Counted from the first letter of the stretch, positions 35,495 to 45,611 are shown. The stretch: DNA of 64,000 bases from a bacterium ADurb.Bin157 (GCA_002070375.1 MWDD01000013.1:369-64368), one strand, 5' to 3'. Program-made: numbers and translations. The notes: a model not told the origin generated them from the sequence alone.

Positions 35495-36787
35495 TTAAAC
35501 CAACTGGAACATAAGTTCGCCGCCGGCAACAAGATCTCCGTCTACTCTGGCTTCAGCCTCGACCTTGCCTGTTGCTCCTCTGACTTTTGTAATTTTAATT
35601 GTAAAGTCAACCCTGTCTCCGGGGACAACCGGTTTTCTAAATCTGACTCTGTCTATACCACAAAAGAATGGTGTTTTACCTTTGTTTTCTTCTTGCGAAA
35701 GAAACAGGACTCCGGCCACCTGCGCCATAGCTTCTACGAGGAGAACACCGGGCATAATTGGCTTATGAGGATAATGACCATTAAAAAATTCTTCATTTGT
35801 AGTTACATTTTTATAACCGCAAATAGATTCACCGGGCACTAAAGACACGATTCTGTCAACTAGCAAGAATGGATATCTATGTGGTAAAACAGATTTAATT
35901 TCTTCTATATACATCATAACATCGGAGTCCTTTCTGATTGAAACCTGATTAAATTTTTCTTTTAATAATTTAGCAAACTTTGTATTAAAATCATGGCCGG
36001 ACTTTTCTGCAATTAAGTGCCCTTTAAGATTCGCACCCAAAAGCGAGAAGTCACCTATCAAATCTAAAATTTTATGCAAAACAAGCTCTTTTGCATCTCT
36101 TAAGCCGCCTTCGTTTCTTATTGTTCCATCGTTATTAATTACAATTGCGTTTTCTAAGCTTCCACCCCGCGCCAAGTCATTTGCCTTAAGCATCTCAAAT
36201 TCGTGTTCAAAACCGAATGTTCTTGATATTCCGATTCTCTTTAAATATTCTTCTTCATTAATTTCGACATGAATAGTTTGCGGCGCAATTATACTATCGG
36301 AATAAGCCAGAGTAAAAGTTACTTCAAATTTATCCGATGGCAAATAGGTCATTTTTTTGCCTTTTTCTTCCAAAAAAAGTTTATCTTTTAGAGAAATATA
36401 TACCTTAGGTTCTTCTTGCTCTTTTATACCGGCCTCAAGTATAGCCTTTACGTATTCACGTGCGCTCCCATCCATTACCGGGGGTTCCACATCATTCAAA
36501 TCAATAAACATGTTATCGATGCCAAGGCCTTTTAATGCAGAAAGCACGTGTTCAACAGTGTTTACCACGGCATCGTTTTCTTTTAATACTGTTCCTCTGT
36601 TTGTTGATATTACATTTTCAAGTGAGGCCTTAATTTTGGGTTTATTTGGTAAATCTGACCTGATAAAAACGACTCCGGTGTTTTCAGGAGCGGGCAAAAA
36701 CTTCATCACAACGGCTTTACCGGTATGAAGTCCTATTCCCTCAAAGAGAGCATTTTTATTAATAGTTCTTTGTTTATTGTTATTCAT
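35495..36787 (-). CDS. lpxC-fabZ: Bifunctional UDP-3-O-acyl-GlcNAc deacetylase / 3-hydroxyacyl-ACP dehydratase (LpxC-FabZ fusion)
   Basis: 430 aa. N-terminal LpxC (GIGLHTGKAVVMKFLPAP, HxxHD-type region). C-terminal FabZ hot-dog (LPHRYPFLLVDRI, FFNGHYPHKPIMPGVLLVEAMAQ). Confidence 0.85.
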   Translation of the reverse strand: MNNNKQRTINKNALFEGIGLHTGKAVVMKFLPAPENTGVVFIRSDLPNKPKIKASLENVISTNRGTVLKENDAVVNTVEHVLSALKGLGIDNMFIDLNDVEPPVMDGSAREYVKAILEAGIKEQEEPKVYISLKDKLFLEEKGKKMTYLPSDKFEVTFTLAYSDSIIAPQTIHVEINEEEYLKRIGISRTFGFEHEFEMLKANDLARGGSLENAIVINNDGTIRNEGGLRDAKELVLHKILDLIGDFSLLGANLKGHLIAEKSGHDFNTKFAKLLKEKFNQVSIRKDSDVMMYIEEIKSVLPHRYPFLLVDRIVSLVPGESICGYKNVTTNEEFFNGHYPHKPIMPGVLLVEAMAQVAGVLFLSQEENKGKTPFFCGIDRVRFRKPVVPGDRVDFTIKITKVRGATGKVEAEARVDGDLVAGGELMFQLV

Positions 36788-36790
36788 ATT

Positions 36791-37414
36791 TCAGTATGTG
36801 GCATAATAGCAAATGTTATATAGCTCTTCTTTTCCGTCCCTTTGTCCTATAACCAGGTCTAAACCGGGCATAGGCGTGAGCTTAATGCCATAAGTCGGAG
36901 TGTCGTGTTCATATTCTGCTCCGATGCTTATCAATGGGAAAATCATTTTTTCAGCCCCATAAAAAGATGTTTTAGTCGATTTGTAAGGGTCTTTGTAATA
37001 TCCGCCATGGATAGTGCATCCAAAAGTTTCAAAACTTTTTGTAGCACTGAAATAATAGATTCTTTTGTCTAAGATTTGCGTATTTACGTCTGAGGCTCCC
37101 CAGACTATCCCGGGCATTATTGTTCCCTCTTCTATTAGACGCACTTTACAGTTCAATAAATTTTTACCTTCGTGATCTCCGCTTAAATGTTTATAATATG
37201 ACAATTCAAGAAAATTATTCATAAGAGCCTGAGAGATGAGCATACCGGAATTACTGCTGTCATTAACGTAGCTATAAGATGATCTAACGCTACCGGTCGG
37301 CATTGCAAAGTTTGCAGACCCCATATATCTTGAATAGGTTGGTGTTTCAGCGAATGCGCCGCCTAAAATCATTAAGAATAAGAACAAAACGACTAATTTA
37401 TTTCTTGAAAGCAT
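36791..37414 (-). CDS. Hypothetical outer-membrane protein inserted in the lpx cluster
   Basis: 207 aa with a signal peptide, alternating hydrophobic beta-strand-like segments and a C-terminal aromatic residue (…YYATY). Confidence 0.4.
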   Translation of the reverse strand: MLSRNKLVVLFLFLMILGGAFAETPTYSRYMGSANFAMPTGSVRSSYSYVNDSSNSGMLISQALMNNFLELSYYKHLSGDHEGKNLLNCKVRLIEEGTIMPGIVWGASDVNTQILDKRIYYFSATKSFETFGCTIHGGYYKDPYKSTKTSFYGAEKMIFPLISIGAEYEHDTPTYGIKLTPMPGLDLVIGQRDGKEELYNICYYATY

Positions 37415-38448
37415 TACTTTTTTAATTCCTCCAGTTTTTTTTCGAGTTCACGAACCTTTTTAATTAAATCGGGTAATTGTCTTTGTGCTACCATTATTTT
37501 TCGTTCTTCAGAATGCGGTTTAAGGGGGAAACCCGAAACAAAGCTGTTAGGTTCAACATTGCCGGTGACAACTCCTCGTGCAGCCACAGTTGTACCTTTA
37601 CCTATTCTAAGGTGCCCGGTTGTTCCAACTTGCCCTGCTAATGTAACGTAATCTTCAAGAATTGTGCTTCCTGATAAACCTACTTGAGCGACGATAATAC
37701 ACTTTTTGCCAATTTCAACGTTGTGGGCAATGTGTATCATGTTATCAAGCTTTGTGCCCTCTCCGATTTTTGTTGTCTCCATTGTAGCGCGGTCGATTGT
37801 TACACAAGCGCCAATTTCGACGTTATCTTCTATCACAACGTTACCGACTTGAGGTACCTTAACGTGAACTCCTTTTTCCGGGGTAAAACCAAAACCATCG
37901 CTTCCTATTACTGCGTTTGCATGTATAATGCAGTTTGCGCCAATTTTACAATTATGCAACAATCGAACACCCGGATTCAAATGTGAGTTTTCTCCTACAA
38001 AGGCATTTCTACCTATGTAAGCCTGAGCATCTATGCGTGCACCGGCCTTAATTACCGCGCCATCGTCAACGACCGCCATAGGGCCTATTACAGCAGTTTT
38101 ATCAACTATTGCATTAGGGCTCACAAAGGCGTTTTCGTGAATATTATAATTATACTCAGCCGGCGGGTTAAAATAGTTAAGCGCCGCAACTAGCCCTAAG
38201 TAAGGGTTTTTTAACCTTATAGAAGGAATAGGCAAATCAGGGGCATCTTCAGGGGCAATAATTGCGACTGCTTTAGTAGTTTTAACTTCTTCGAGGTGGG
38301 CCGCATAATTTTTTGCTCCGGAAAGAAACGAGAGTTCATTTTCTTTCGCCAAATTAAGCGGAGCGATGTTTTCGGCGAAAATATTATCATCGCCCAGCAC
38401 TTTTCCGCCACAAAGATTTGCCAGCTCTTTCAAAGTGATAGATTTCAT
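37414..38448 (-). CDS. lpxD: UDP-3-O-acylglucosamine N-acyltransferase LpxD
   Basis: 344 aa. N-terminal LpxD domain (ITLKELANLCGG), hexapeptide repeats and a C-terminal coiled-coil tail. Confidence 0.85.
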   Translation of the reverse strand: MKSITLKELANLCGGKVLGDDNIFAENIAPLNLAKENELSFLSGAKNYAAHLEEVKTTKAVAIIAPEDAPDLPIPSIRLKNPYLGLVAALNYFNPPAEYNYNIHENAFVSPNAIVDKTAVIGPMAVVDDGAVIKAGARIDAQAYIGRNAFVGENSHLNPGVRLLHNCKIGANCIIHANAVIGSDGFGFTPEKGVHVKVPQVGNVVIEDNVEIGACVTIDRATMETTKIGEGTKLDNMIHIAHNVEIGKKCIIVAQVGLSGSTILEDYVTLAGQVGTTGHLRIGKGTTVAARGVVTGNVEPNSFVSGFPLKPHSEERKIMVAQRQLPDLIKKVRELEKKLEELKK

Positions 38449-38463
38449 TTTCCTTCATTTCCT

Positions 38464-38496
38464 TAAAAAAAATAGCAACCCTTGCCGAGTTGCTAT
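38464..38496 (-). terminator. Intercistronic hairpin plus U-run between skp and lpxD (minus strand)
   Basis: The minus-strand transcript reads ATAGCAACUCGGCAAGGGUUGCUAU followed by UUUUUUUU. On the plus strand the stem is ATAGCAACCCTTGCCGAGTTGCTAT. Confidence 0.5.
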
Positions 38497-38506
38497 TTTT
38501 ATTTTT

Positions 38507-39073
38507 TTATTTCCCGGCGTTCAAAGTTTTAATAACTTCGTCTGTCATGTCGTATACAATTTTTTCGTCGATCCAAAAAGTAGTTCCTTTTGCGAACACG
38601 GCCTTGAGTTTATTCTTTTTAGCCATTTCAGCCACAATAACATCTACCTTTAGTTCAATATCTTTTGCAAGTCCGCTCATTTCTTTTTCTTCGAGAGCAT
38701 ATAAAGCTCTCTGTGATTCTTCAAAGAATTTCTGCAAATCTCCGGATTTTTGTGCAAGTGATTTTCTCAAGTCAGCCAATTTAGTCTCAAGAGTCTTTGC
38801 TTCTTTATCTTTTTTGCTGTCTCTGAGGTCTTGTAATTGTTTTGCAACACTAACATATTCATCGTCGATTTTTTTAACATCTTCTTTTCTATTTTCGAGA
38901 TCTTTTTGCAACTCAGTTTTTTTAGTTTCTAATGTTTCTTTTGTTTTTTGAGTTACTTTATATTTACTAAAAATTTGTGATGTGTCTACAACGCCGAATT
39001 CATAAGCCGAAGCTAACACCGGGCAAGCGCATAGCGCTGCGACTACAAAGAAATTGATTATCTGTTTTCTCAT
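38507..39073 (-). CDS. skp: Periplasmic chaperone Skp (OmpH)
   Basis: 188 aa. Signal peptide, then a charged coiled-coil region rich in Lys and Glu (VDTSQIFSKYKVTQKTKETLETKKTELQKDLE). Confidence 0.75.
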   Translation of the reverse strand: MRKQIINFFVVAALCACPVLASAYEFGVVDTSQIFSKYKVTQKTKETLETKKTELQKDLENRKEDVKKIDDEYVSVAKQLQDLRDSKKDKEAKTLETKLADLRKSLAQKSGDLQKFFEESQRALYALEEKEMSGLAKDIELKVDVIVAEMAKKNKLKAVFAKGTTFWIDEKIVYDMTDEVIKTLNAGK

Positions 39074-39128
39074 AGGAAAATCTCCTTATTTTTGTGGCCT
39101 TAAGCCAAGTCAAAGAATATATCGGCAA

Positions 39129-40850
39129 TCAGAAAGAAGAACCGAAGTTAATGTAAGTATTTCCGCCGCTTCTGTCGTCTGCCTTTCCATAATCAATAGC
39201 TACGGGCCCCAAAGGAGTCTGCAGTCTAAATCCGATTCCTGCACCGCGTTTTTGGTCTTTTGAAATGCTGGTTAAGTCGTAGGCTGTTCCCCAGGCACTT
39301 CCTATGTCATAAAACGTTACAAAGTCAAAATTCTTGGCAAAATTGAATCGTAATTCGAAGTTAACATAGTAAATCTTCGTTCCCAAAAACTCTCTTTCTT
39401 CATATCCTCTTACAGTGCTGCTTCCGCCCACAGAGAACATGTCATACATAGGGATAAAGCCTTCGCCCACACTTGTGTCGCCATAAGCAGCTTGCACGGC
39501 AAAAACAGTTTTTTTGTTTTGGCTGAGGGGCAAATAGCGCCTAAAGGCTGCCATATATTTTGTATATTGATTTGCGCCCTTAAGAGCGCCGCCGGTTGTT
39601 TCTACCCAGAATGTATCATGAACACCGCCGGTTGTTCTAAATCTGTTGTCTCTGGTGTCTATATCAAGGATAGTTGCCAACGTTTGAAACTTTCCGTTTA
39701 CATAGTAATTTTTATTAGCTTCAACAGAGAGGTTGTTCGTTGGTTTAAGTTTAATATCTTCGTCTCTGAATCTGAAAGATAAATCAACGTCTCTTCTAAG
39801 TCTTTTACCTAAGGTCAGAGCGTATCCTTTTCTTCGTTCGTCGTATTCAGATATTGTGTTTCCTGCGTTATAGAGATTTCTTGTGTATTCTGTGTTATAA
39901 ACATCGAGCCCAAAGCTTTGCGGTTTATCATTAAACCAAGGGTCAAAATAACCTACTTCGTAGCTTTTAACTCCGCCGAACTCGGTTTTCATGTATATGC
40001 GCTTACCTTCGCCCTTAAAGTTATTTTGTGAAGCATTCACAAAACCAACCAAACCGTTAAGGGAAGAATAACCTGCGCCGACACCGGCTCTGCCTGTTTT
40101 TTGTTCTTGAAGGTGTATTACAAGAACAATTTCTTCGGGAGTTTTACCGGGCAGGTGATCTCTTCTGACTTCTTCAAAAAAGCCCAGATTATATAATCTT
40201 TGTAAGTCTCTGACAATTTTTTTATTATCGTAAATTTCGCCGGGCTTTACGCTTAATTCTCTTCTGACAACCTTTTCTTTGGTTTTTTTAAGTCCCTCGA
40301 TTTTAACTTCGGATAAAATACCTTCAGTTATTTCGATGTTAATTTTGCTTCCTTGGTCTTGAACAAAGGCATCGGAAACCTTAGAAAAGAGGTATCCTTC
40401 ACGCCCTAAGGCTTCGTTAACGTGCTGAATATCTTGCGCTAAGAGCTTGCTGTTAAAAACCGAACCGGTCTTGCTTTCCATGGCAGCCTTAAGAATGTCG
40501 TCATCTACTTTTGTGGCGCCCTTAATTTCTATTTCGCCAATAATAGCGTTTTCATCCACCTTAAACTCGACGAGTTTTCCGTTACCGGATGTTTTAACTT
40601 CTGCACCCACATAAGAAAAGTAGCCCATTTCACCTATGCGAGCGATGTCTTCTTGTACAGCCGAAGGCGTAAGCACGTCTCCAACTTTTATAGCACAATT
40701 AAGCAGAATAATTTCTTCTGATATCAAACGGTTACCCGTAACTTTAAGAGCAACGACGACATTACTTTCGTAAGCGAATACCCCGCAACATATCGACAAC
40801 ATAGCTAAAACCAAAAGAATTCGTGTTCTCACGACATAGGCCAACGTCAT
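39129..40850 (-). CDS. bamA: Omp85/BamA-family outer membrane protein assembly factor (short form, 573 aa)
   Basis: Signal peptide, POTRA-like repeats, a C-terminal D15/surface-antigen beta-barrel ending FGSSF, and the bamA-skp-lpxD-fabZ-lpxA synteny. Confidence 0.75.
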   Translation of the reverse strand: MTLAYVVRTRILLVLAMLSICCGVFAYESNVVVALKVTGNRLISEEIILLNCAIKVGDVLTPSAVQEDIARIGEMGYFSYVGAEVKTSGNGKLVEFKVDENAIIGEIEIKGATKVDDDILKAAMESKTGSVFNSKLLAQDIQHVNEALGREGYLFSKVSDAFVQDQGSKINIEITEGILSEVKIEGLKKTKEKVVRRELSVKPGEIYDNKKIVRDLQRLYNLGFFEEVRRDHLPGKTPEEIVLVIHLQEQKTGRAGVGAGYSSLNGLVGFVNASQNNFKGEGKRIYMKTEFGGVKSYEVGYFDPWFNDKPQSFGLDVYNTEYTRNLYNAGNTISEYDERRKGYALTLGKRLRRDVDLSFRFRDEDIKLKPTNNLSVEANKNYYVNGKFQTLATILDIDTRDNRFRTTGGVHDTFWVETTGGALKGANQYTKYMAAFRRYLPLSQNKKTVFAVQAAYGDTSVGEGFIPMYDMFSVGGSSTVRGYEEREFLGTKIYYVNFELRFNFAKNFDFVTFYDIGSAWGTAYDLTSISKDQKRGAGIGFRLQTPLGPVAIDYGKADDRSGGNTYINFGSSF

Positions 40851-40914
40851 TATAATCGTCCTTTAACAATCTTGTTTAGTGTACGGGGCATAATACTTTG
40901 ATTAATAATCATTG

Positions 40915-43407
40915 TCAATACCCATCAAAATCGTGTAGGCGATTATACTGCCTGTCTACGTTTCTGTAAACTTTTTTGAGAGTCTCTTCGTTCCTTTTAT
41001 CCGAGTCTAATACAGGAACATAAAAGGCTTTAACTTCTGATAATCCGGTAACATCTATTGCAGTTTTAACGCCGCCGGAGAATTCTGACTGCACCGTAGA
41101 AACTGTTTTACTCGACAGAGTCGATTTAACGAATGTTACTACTTTGTCAATAGTTGGGGCCGCCCCGTCATCATATTTTGCTCTTTCGAGGCCTGCTGCC
41201 AAAATTTCGGCTTTAGCAATGTTTTCCCAGCTATTTCCGAATTGGTTATAGGTTTTTGTATTTGCTTCTTTAACAATTGCCGACAAATTTTTGTCTATCT
41301 GTGCTTCGCTATAGCCTTGTCCGCGCATTTCATTCACTTTCATGTTAACGTATTCATTTCTGTATGCGCTGGGCTTAACCATTGAGCTTGAGTTATAAAC
41401 TTGTCTGACGATATTTTCTACCTCAGCTCTCTGCAATTCTTCTGTTGTGGTCGAGAACATTTTGTCTTTAAATGATGCGGCATCTCCGTATTTAAATTGA
41501 GTTTGCTTAAGCACCTGTCCATGTTCGTCTCGAACCACGACATATGTTTTTCCGTCGTCTCCTTCTTCAAGGGAGCCAAACAGTTCAGAGGTTTGCACGT
41601 CAAGCTTTTTTTCCATCTGCTCTATTTTTGCATTCGATTTTTCTGCGGCTTTAAAGTAACCTTTTGTTACTTCGTCTTGAGCCATTTCTCTTATTTCAGC
41701 GGGTGATTTACCGGCATTTTCTTCTTTTGAGGCCAAATTTTTCATTTTAAATTCGATATATGATTCTCTTCCGAGGGATTTAGCCAGTTCAGCCTCTCTG
41801 TTGAATTCAATTTCAGCCTCGACCTCTTTTTTAATTTCTTTAATCAACTCTTTGTTTTCGGGAGAATTTTGTGATGCAACAGCTTCGGCTTTTGCGGCGG
41901 TATAAGCATTTTTCAGATCACCCAATTCTTGGGAATAATCTCTGAGAGCTGCCGTGTATTCTCTTCTTGTTGCGAAATCAGAGGGTTTAGGCTTAAGTGA
42001 TTTTTTAATTTCGAGCTGTTGCCTGATATTATCAGCCTTTTTCCATTCTTCGCTTTCGCTCTCGTATGTACTCTGCACTTTTTTGGCTTTTTCTGCAGGC
42101 ATATCTATCAATCTTGTTTTTGCCAGAGAAACGCTTACCATAGCGAGCTGGGTAGAAGCATTAGAAATCATTGCGTTTTTCCCTGCATCAGACAATTTAA
42201 TTGACATGTAGGAGTTTTCTAATTCAGTAATTTTGGCTTCGTAATAGTTCCATGCGTTCGAGCCTTCTTCGTATCTTAATTGTTCTAATCTGTAATCTTC
42301 AATTTTTTTGATGATACTTTCTTTTTGTATTTGTGCAGACGCCGCTCCTGATGCAAATGCAAAAGGATTACTTATGACTGCGTTAGAAATTAAATTTGCT
42401 TTTGATGTTGTTCCGAACAGTTTGCTCGAGACTGTTTTAGCTAATTTTGTTTCTGCACCGAACCTGCCTGCGATCCCCCCCAGTATACCTGATATAGCGG
42501 CTGAAGCAAGGGCAGATTTTTCGTCTTGAATAAAATTATCAATAGTATACTTTTTTTTAGTAATTGTATCTAATTCTTCAAGGCAAGCCACCAACTCTGC
42601 CTCTTCTGACGATGTAAGAGTTCCTTTAAGGTAAAGGTTTTTGATTTTGCTTTTGAGCTCCGCTTCTTTTTCGTCGTAATTATAGTAGTGGTCATACCAA
42701 AGGTTAGTTACTCCGGCCTTTACAACGTTTGAGACAGTGCTTCCCGCGAAGCTTACGGCACCGGCTTTAACGGCAGACGTAACAATTGTTTTTGCCGTAA
42801 GAGGACCTATTGTTTGCAACATACCGCCTGTGAGCATATTAAATGGGGCCAAAGCACCGCTTATTGCGGCATTTATACTTACTTCTTTTAATATTTCGGA
42901 GTCAGGCTTTTTATTCTCTGCAGTTCTGAAAGAATTTTTTCTTTTTTCGTAAGCGTAAGTTATAATAGCAGAAGTGGCAGCACCGGCCAACACAGCCCCC
43001 ACGACTACCCAACCGAGGGGGCAGACCAATGCGGCAGAAAGAGCCATTACGGCCAATGTTGGCAATAAAGCCTTACCTACTGACCAAGCAATCTCTTCGA
43101 GTTTGCTCATTTCTTTGGCAATTTTTTCTTCTTCGGCCTTGGAAGCTTCCAGATCTTTCTCAATTGCTGTCTCGCTTATTTGAGCAGTCCCGGATTCTGT
43201 CTTATCTTCTGCCGTTGCTTGTTGATTTGTCTGAACAGAGAAGATGCTTTTTGCCGACTGATCAGCATGTACGGTCGCGACCGGAAGTGCATTATAAGCA
43301 ATATTATCGAATATACCGGGACTTACGCCTATAAGAGCGGCAATAAGAAGCAAACCCAGCAAACGGTGCAAAGCGTATTTTTTGTTAATATTTTTTGTTA
43401 TTTTCAT
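40915..43407 (-). CDS. Hypothetical 830-aa secreted/membrane protein: long coiled coils, a central TM hairpin and Gly/Ala-rich amphipathic segments
   Basis: Signal peptide (…VATVHA). Coiled-coil regions rich in Glu and Lys. Hydrophobic hairpin LLPTLAVMALSAALVCPLGWVVVGAVLAGAATSAIITYAY. Gly/Ala-rich amphipathic helices (AAISGILGGIAGRFGAE). No recognisable catalytic motif. Confidence 0.5.
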   Translation of the reverse strand: MKITKNINKKYALHRLLGLLLIAALIGVSPGIFDNIAYNALPVATVHADQSAKSIFSVQTNQQATAEDKTESGTAQISETAIEKDLEASKAEEEKIAKEMSKLEEIAWSVGKALLPTLAVMALSAALVCPLGWVVVGAVLAGAATSAIITYAYEKRKNSFRTAENKKPDSEILKEVSINAAISGALAPFNMLTGGMLQTIGPLTAKTIVTSAVKAGAVSFAGSTVSNVVKAGVTNLWYDHYYNYDEKEAELKSKIKNLYLKGTLTSSEEAELVACLEELDTITKKKYTIDNFIQDEKSALASAAISGILGGIAGRFGAETKLAKTVSSKLFGTTSKANLISNAVISNPFAFASGAASAQIQKESIIKKIEDYRLEQLRYEEGSNAWNYYEAKITELENSYMSIKLSDAGKNAMISNASTQLAMVSVSLAKTRLIDMPAEKAKKVQSTYESESEEWKKADNIRQQLEIKKSLKPKPSDFATRREYTAALRDYSQELGDLKNAYTAAKAEAVASQNSPENKELIKEIKKEVEAEIEFNREAELAKSLGRESYIEFKMKNLASKEENAGKSPAEIREMAQDEVTKGYFKAAEKSNAKIEQMEKKLDVQTSELFGSLEEGDDGKTYVVVRDEHGQVLKQTQFKYGDAASFKDKMFSTTTEELQRAEVENIVRQVYNSSSMVKPSAYRNEYVNMKVNEMRGQGYSEAQIDKNLSAIVKEANTKTYNQFGNSWENIAKAEILAAGLERAKYDDGAAPTIDKVVTFVKSTLSSKTVSTVQSEFSGGVKTAIDVTGLSEVKAFYVPVLDSDKRNEETLKKVYRNVDRQYNRLHDFDGY

Positions 43408-43601
43408 CGGTTATACTCCGTACATAGTCTATATTGTTTAAGAGTATAACAAAAAAGTGTAAAAATGTGAACTGCGCCCTCTAAAAGTTTCGTAAAATGA
43501 GCAATCTAAGGTCTGAAAGTATATAGAATTAGTTTTGTGCGCTTGCCTTATAATTAGGTCTGATGTATAATCAGAGACAAATTACAATACCGGAGCAGAA
43601 A

Positions 43602-44606
43602 ATGCCACAATTAAGAAAAGACCCGGTTACTAAAAGATGGGTAATTTTGTTGCATGAACAAAAAAAATTACCTGCAGATTTTAAAATAGAGCACGCTCCC
43701 AAACAAACAAACAAATGCCCATTTTGTCCCGGCAACGAAAACATGACTCCGGTTGAGCTGATGTCATACAGAAGCGAAAACACGCTTCCCAATGAGCCCG
43801 GCTGGCAAGTTAGGGTAATACCGAATCGGTTTCCCGCTCTTCAAATTGAGGGCGACTTAGACCGCATGGGGTTAGGCGTATACGACATGATGAACGGTGT
43901 CGGCGCTCATGAAGTAATTATCGAAAGCCCGAATCACGAAGACGGATTCCATAATTACAGTTCCGAGCAGATATCAAGGGTATTACACACTTATGTAGAG
44001 CGCTACAGAGATCTTTCACGCGACCGTCGGTTCAGATATATTTTAGTATTTAAAAACAACGGGTCAGCTGCCGGCGCAAGTTTAGATCACCCTCACTCTC
44101 AACTGATAGCGACTCCCATTATTCCCAAAAGGGTAATGGAAGAACTTGAAGGTGCCAAAACTTATTATTACTACAAAGAAAGATGCGTATTTTGCGACAT
44201 TATTCGTCAAGAACTAAGCCAAGGCGAGCGCATAATTCATGAGAACGAAAGTTTTGTTGCATTTGAACCTTTTGCCTCAAGGTTCCCGTTCGAGACTTGG
44301 ATAGCCCCCAAAGACCATAAAGACTGTTTCGGAGACATTGACAAAAGCGAAATTGACGGTTTGGCCGACATTATGCAGGCCACCATAAAAAAGCTCATAA
44401 AAACCTTAGACAACCCGCCGTTTAATTTTATAATTCATACCTCACCGTGCGGCGAGCACTGCACAGACTATTTTCACTGGCACATCGAAATAATGCCGCG
44501 CGTCACAAAAATAGCCGGGTTTGAATGGGGTTCGGGTTTTTATCTTAATCATATGTCACCTGAGCGCGCCGCTCGTTTTCTTATTAATCCAAATTACAAG
44601 GGATAA
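43602..44606 (+). CDS. GalT-like HIT-superfamily nucleotidyltransferase/phosphorylase (galactose-1-phosphate uridylyltransferase family). Paralog 1.
   Basis: CPFCPGNE Zn-site motif and the HxHxQ active-site motif (DHPHSQLIATP). The ORF track starts at 43563. The ATG at 43602 (MPQLRKDP) has the SD GGAG and aligns with the paralog's start. Confidence 0.65.
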   Translation: MPQLRKDPVTKRWVILLHEQKKLPADFKIEHAPKQTNKCPFCPGNENMTPVELMSYRSENTLPNEPGWQVRVIPNRFPALQIEGDLDRMGLGVYDMMNGVGAHEVIIESPNHEDGFHNYSSEQISRVLHTYVERYRDLSRDRRFRYILVFKNNGSAAGASLDHPHSQLIATPIIPKRVMEELEGAKTYYYYKERCVFCDIIRQELSQGERIIHENESFVAFEPFASRFPFETWIAPKDHKDCFGDIDKSEIDGLADIMQATIKKLIKTLDNPPFNFIIHTSPCGEHCTDYFHWHIEIMPRVTKIAGFEWGSGFYLNHMSPERAARFLINPNYKG

Positions 44607-44609
44607 AAC

Positions 44610-45611
44610 ATGCCACAGCTTAGAAAAGACCCCATTTTAAAACAATGGGTTATTATTTCTCCCGAAAGGGGAAAACGTCCTTCTGACTATAAAAAAACCA
44701 TTGAAGAACCGGACGATTCTGCTGAATGCCCGTTTTGCGAAGGAAAAGAGCATTTGACACCAAATGAGACTCTTTCTTTCAGAACGGCGGGCACCGACGC
44801 GAACAAAAAAGGCTGGTGGGTCAGAATTATTCCTGATTCAGAACCAATTCTGCGCCCCGAAGGTGAGCCCGGTCGTGAAGGTTTCGGAATGTTTGACGCT
44901 ATGAATTCAATCGGTGTTCACGAAGTTGTCATTGAATCACCGAACCACAACTCACGCATACACAACGCCACCAATGATCAGGTCAGAGAAATCATCTGGG
45001 CATATAAACAAAGGCTTCTTGAGATAAAAAAGAACCCAAGCTACAAACATTTTATGGTGGTAAAAAACAGCGGAGCAGGGCTGAGCAACTTTACTCACAG
45101 TCATTCTCACATCATTGCCACTCCGATTATTCCTAAGAGAGTCGAAGAAGAAATCGAAGGAGCCCGCGAATACTACCATTACCACGATCGCTGCCTATTT
45201 TGCGACATCGTTAAGCAAGAGCAAAAAGACCAAATGAGATTAGTTTACGAGAACGACCAATTTATTGTATTCTGCCCCTTTGCGTCTCGTTTTCCTTTTG
45301 AAATGCAGATTATGCCGAAAAGCCACCAACCGTTTTTTGAAATGATCGAAAACAATTTGGTTCAAACCTTTGCCGATGCTCTTCAGAACACTCTCAAGCG
45401 CCAAGAAGCGGTATTACCCGGTCAGCCCTACAACATGGTGTTGCACACTTCACCTTGCTCAGATTCTTACAAAGACTTTTATCACTGGCACGTGGAAATA
45501 ATACCTAAACTGACTAAGGTCGCGGGGTTTGAGTGGGGCTCAGGTTTTTATATTAACCCGACTACACCCGAAGACGCAGCAAAGGCACTCAGAGACATCG
45601 CCATAAAATGA
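44610..45611 (+). CDS. GalT-like HIT-superfamily nucleotidyltransferase/phosphorylase. Paralog 2.
   Basis: MPQLRKDPILKQWVI..., CPFCEGKE, and the motif HSHSHIIATP (HxHxH, HIT-like). About 45-50% identical to paralog 1. 3-nt spacing from paralog 1. Confidence 0.65.
   Translation: MPQLRKDPILKQWVIISPERGKRPSDYKKTIEEPDDSAECPFCEGKEHLTPNETLSFRTAGTDANKKGWWVRIIPDSEPILRPEGEPGREGFGMFDAMNSIGVHEVVIESPNHNSRIHNATNDQVREIIWAYKQRLLEIKKNPSYKHFMVVKNSGAGLSNFTHSHSHIIATPIIPKRVEEEIEGAREYYHYHDRCLFCDIVKQEQKDQMRLVYENDQFIVFCPFASRFPFEMQIMPKSHQPFFEMIENNLVQTFADALQNTLKRQEAVLPGQPYNMVLHTSPCSDSYKDFYHWHVEIIPKLTKVAGFEWGSGFYINPTTPEDAAKALRDIAIK

Noticed and set aside
38490-38951. 153-aa + strand ORF rich in Ser and Phe, overlapping skp
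   Set aside because: It is antisense to skp and its low-complexity composition is an artefact of the Lys/Glu-rich complement. Spurious.
40915-43407. Possible phage tape-measure protein or prophage remnant
   Set aside because: No other phage genes (capsid, terminase, integrase, tail) are in the window. The gene sits beside the conserved bamA cluster and carries a Sec signal peptide.
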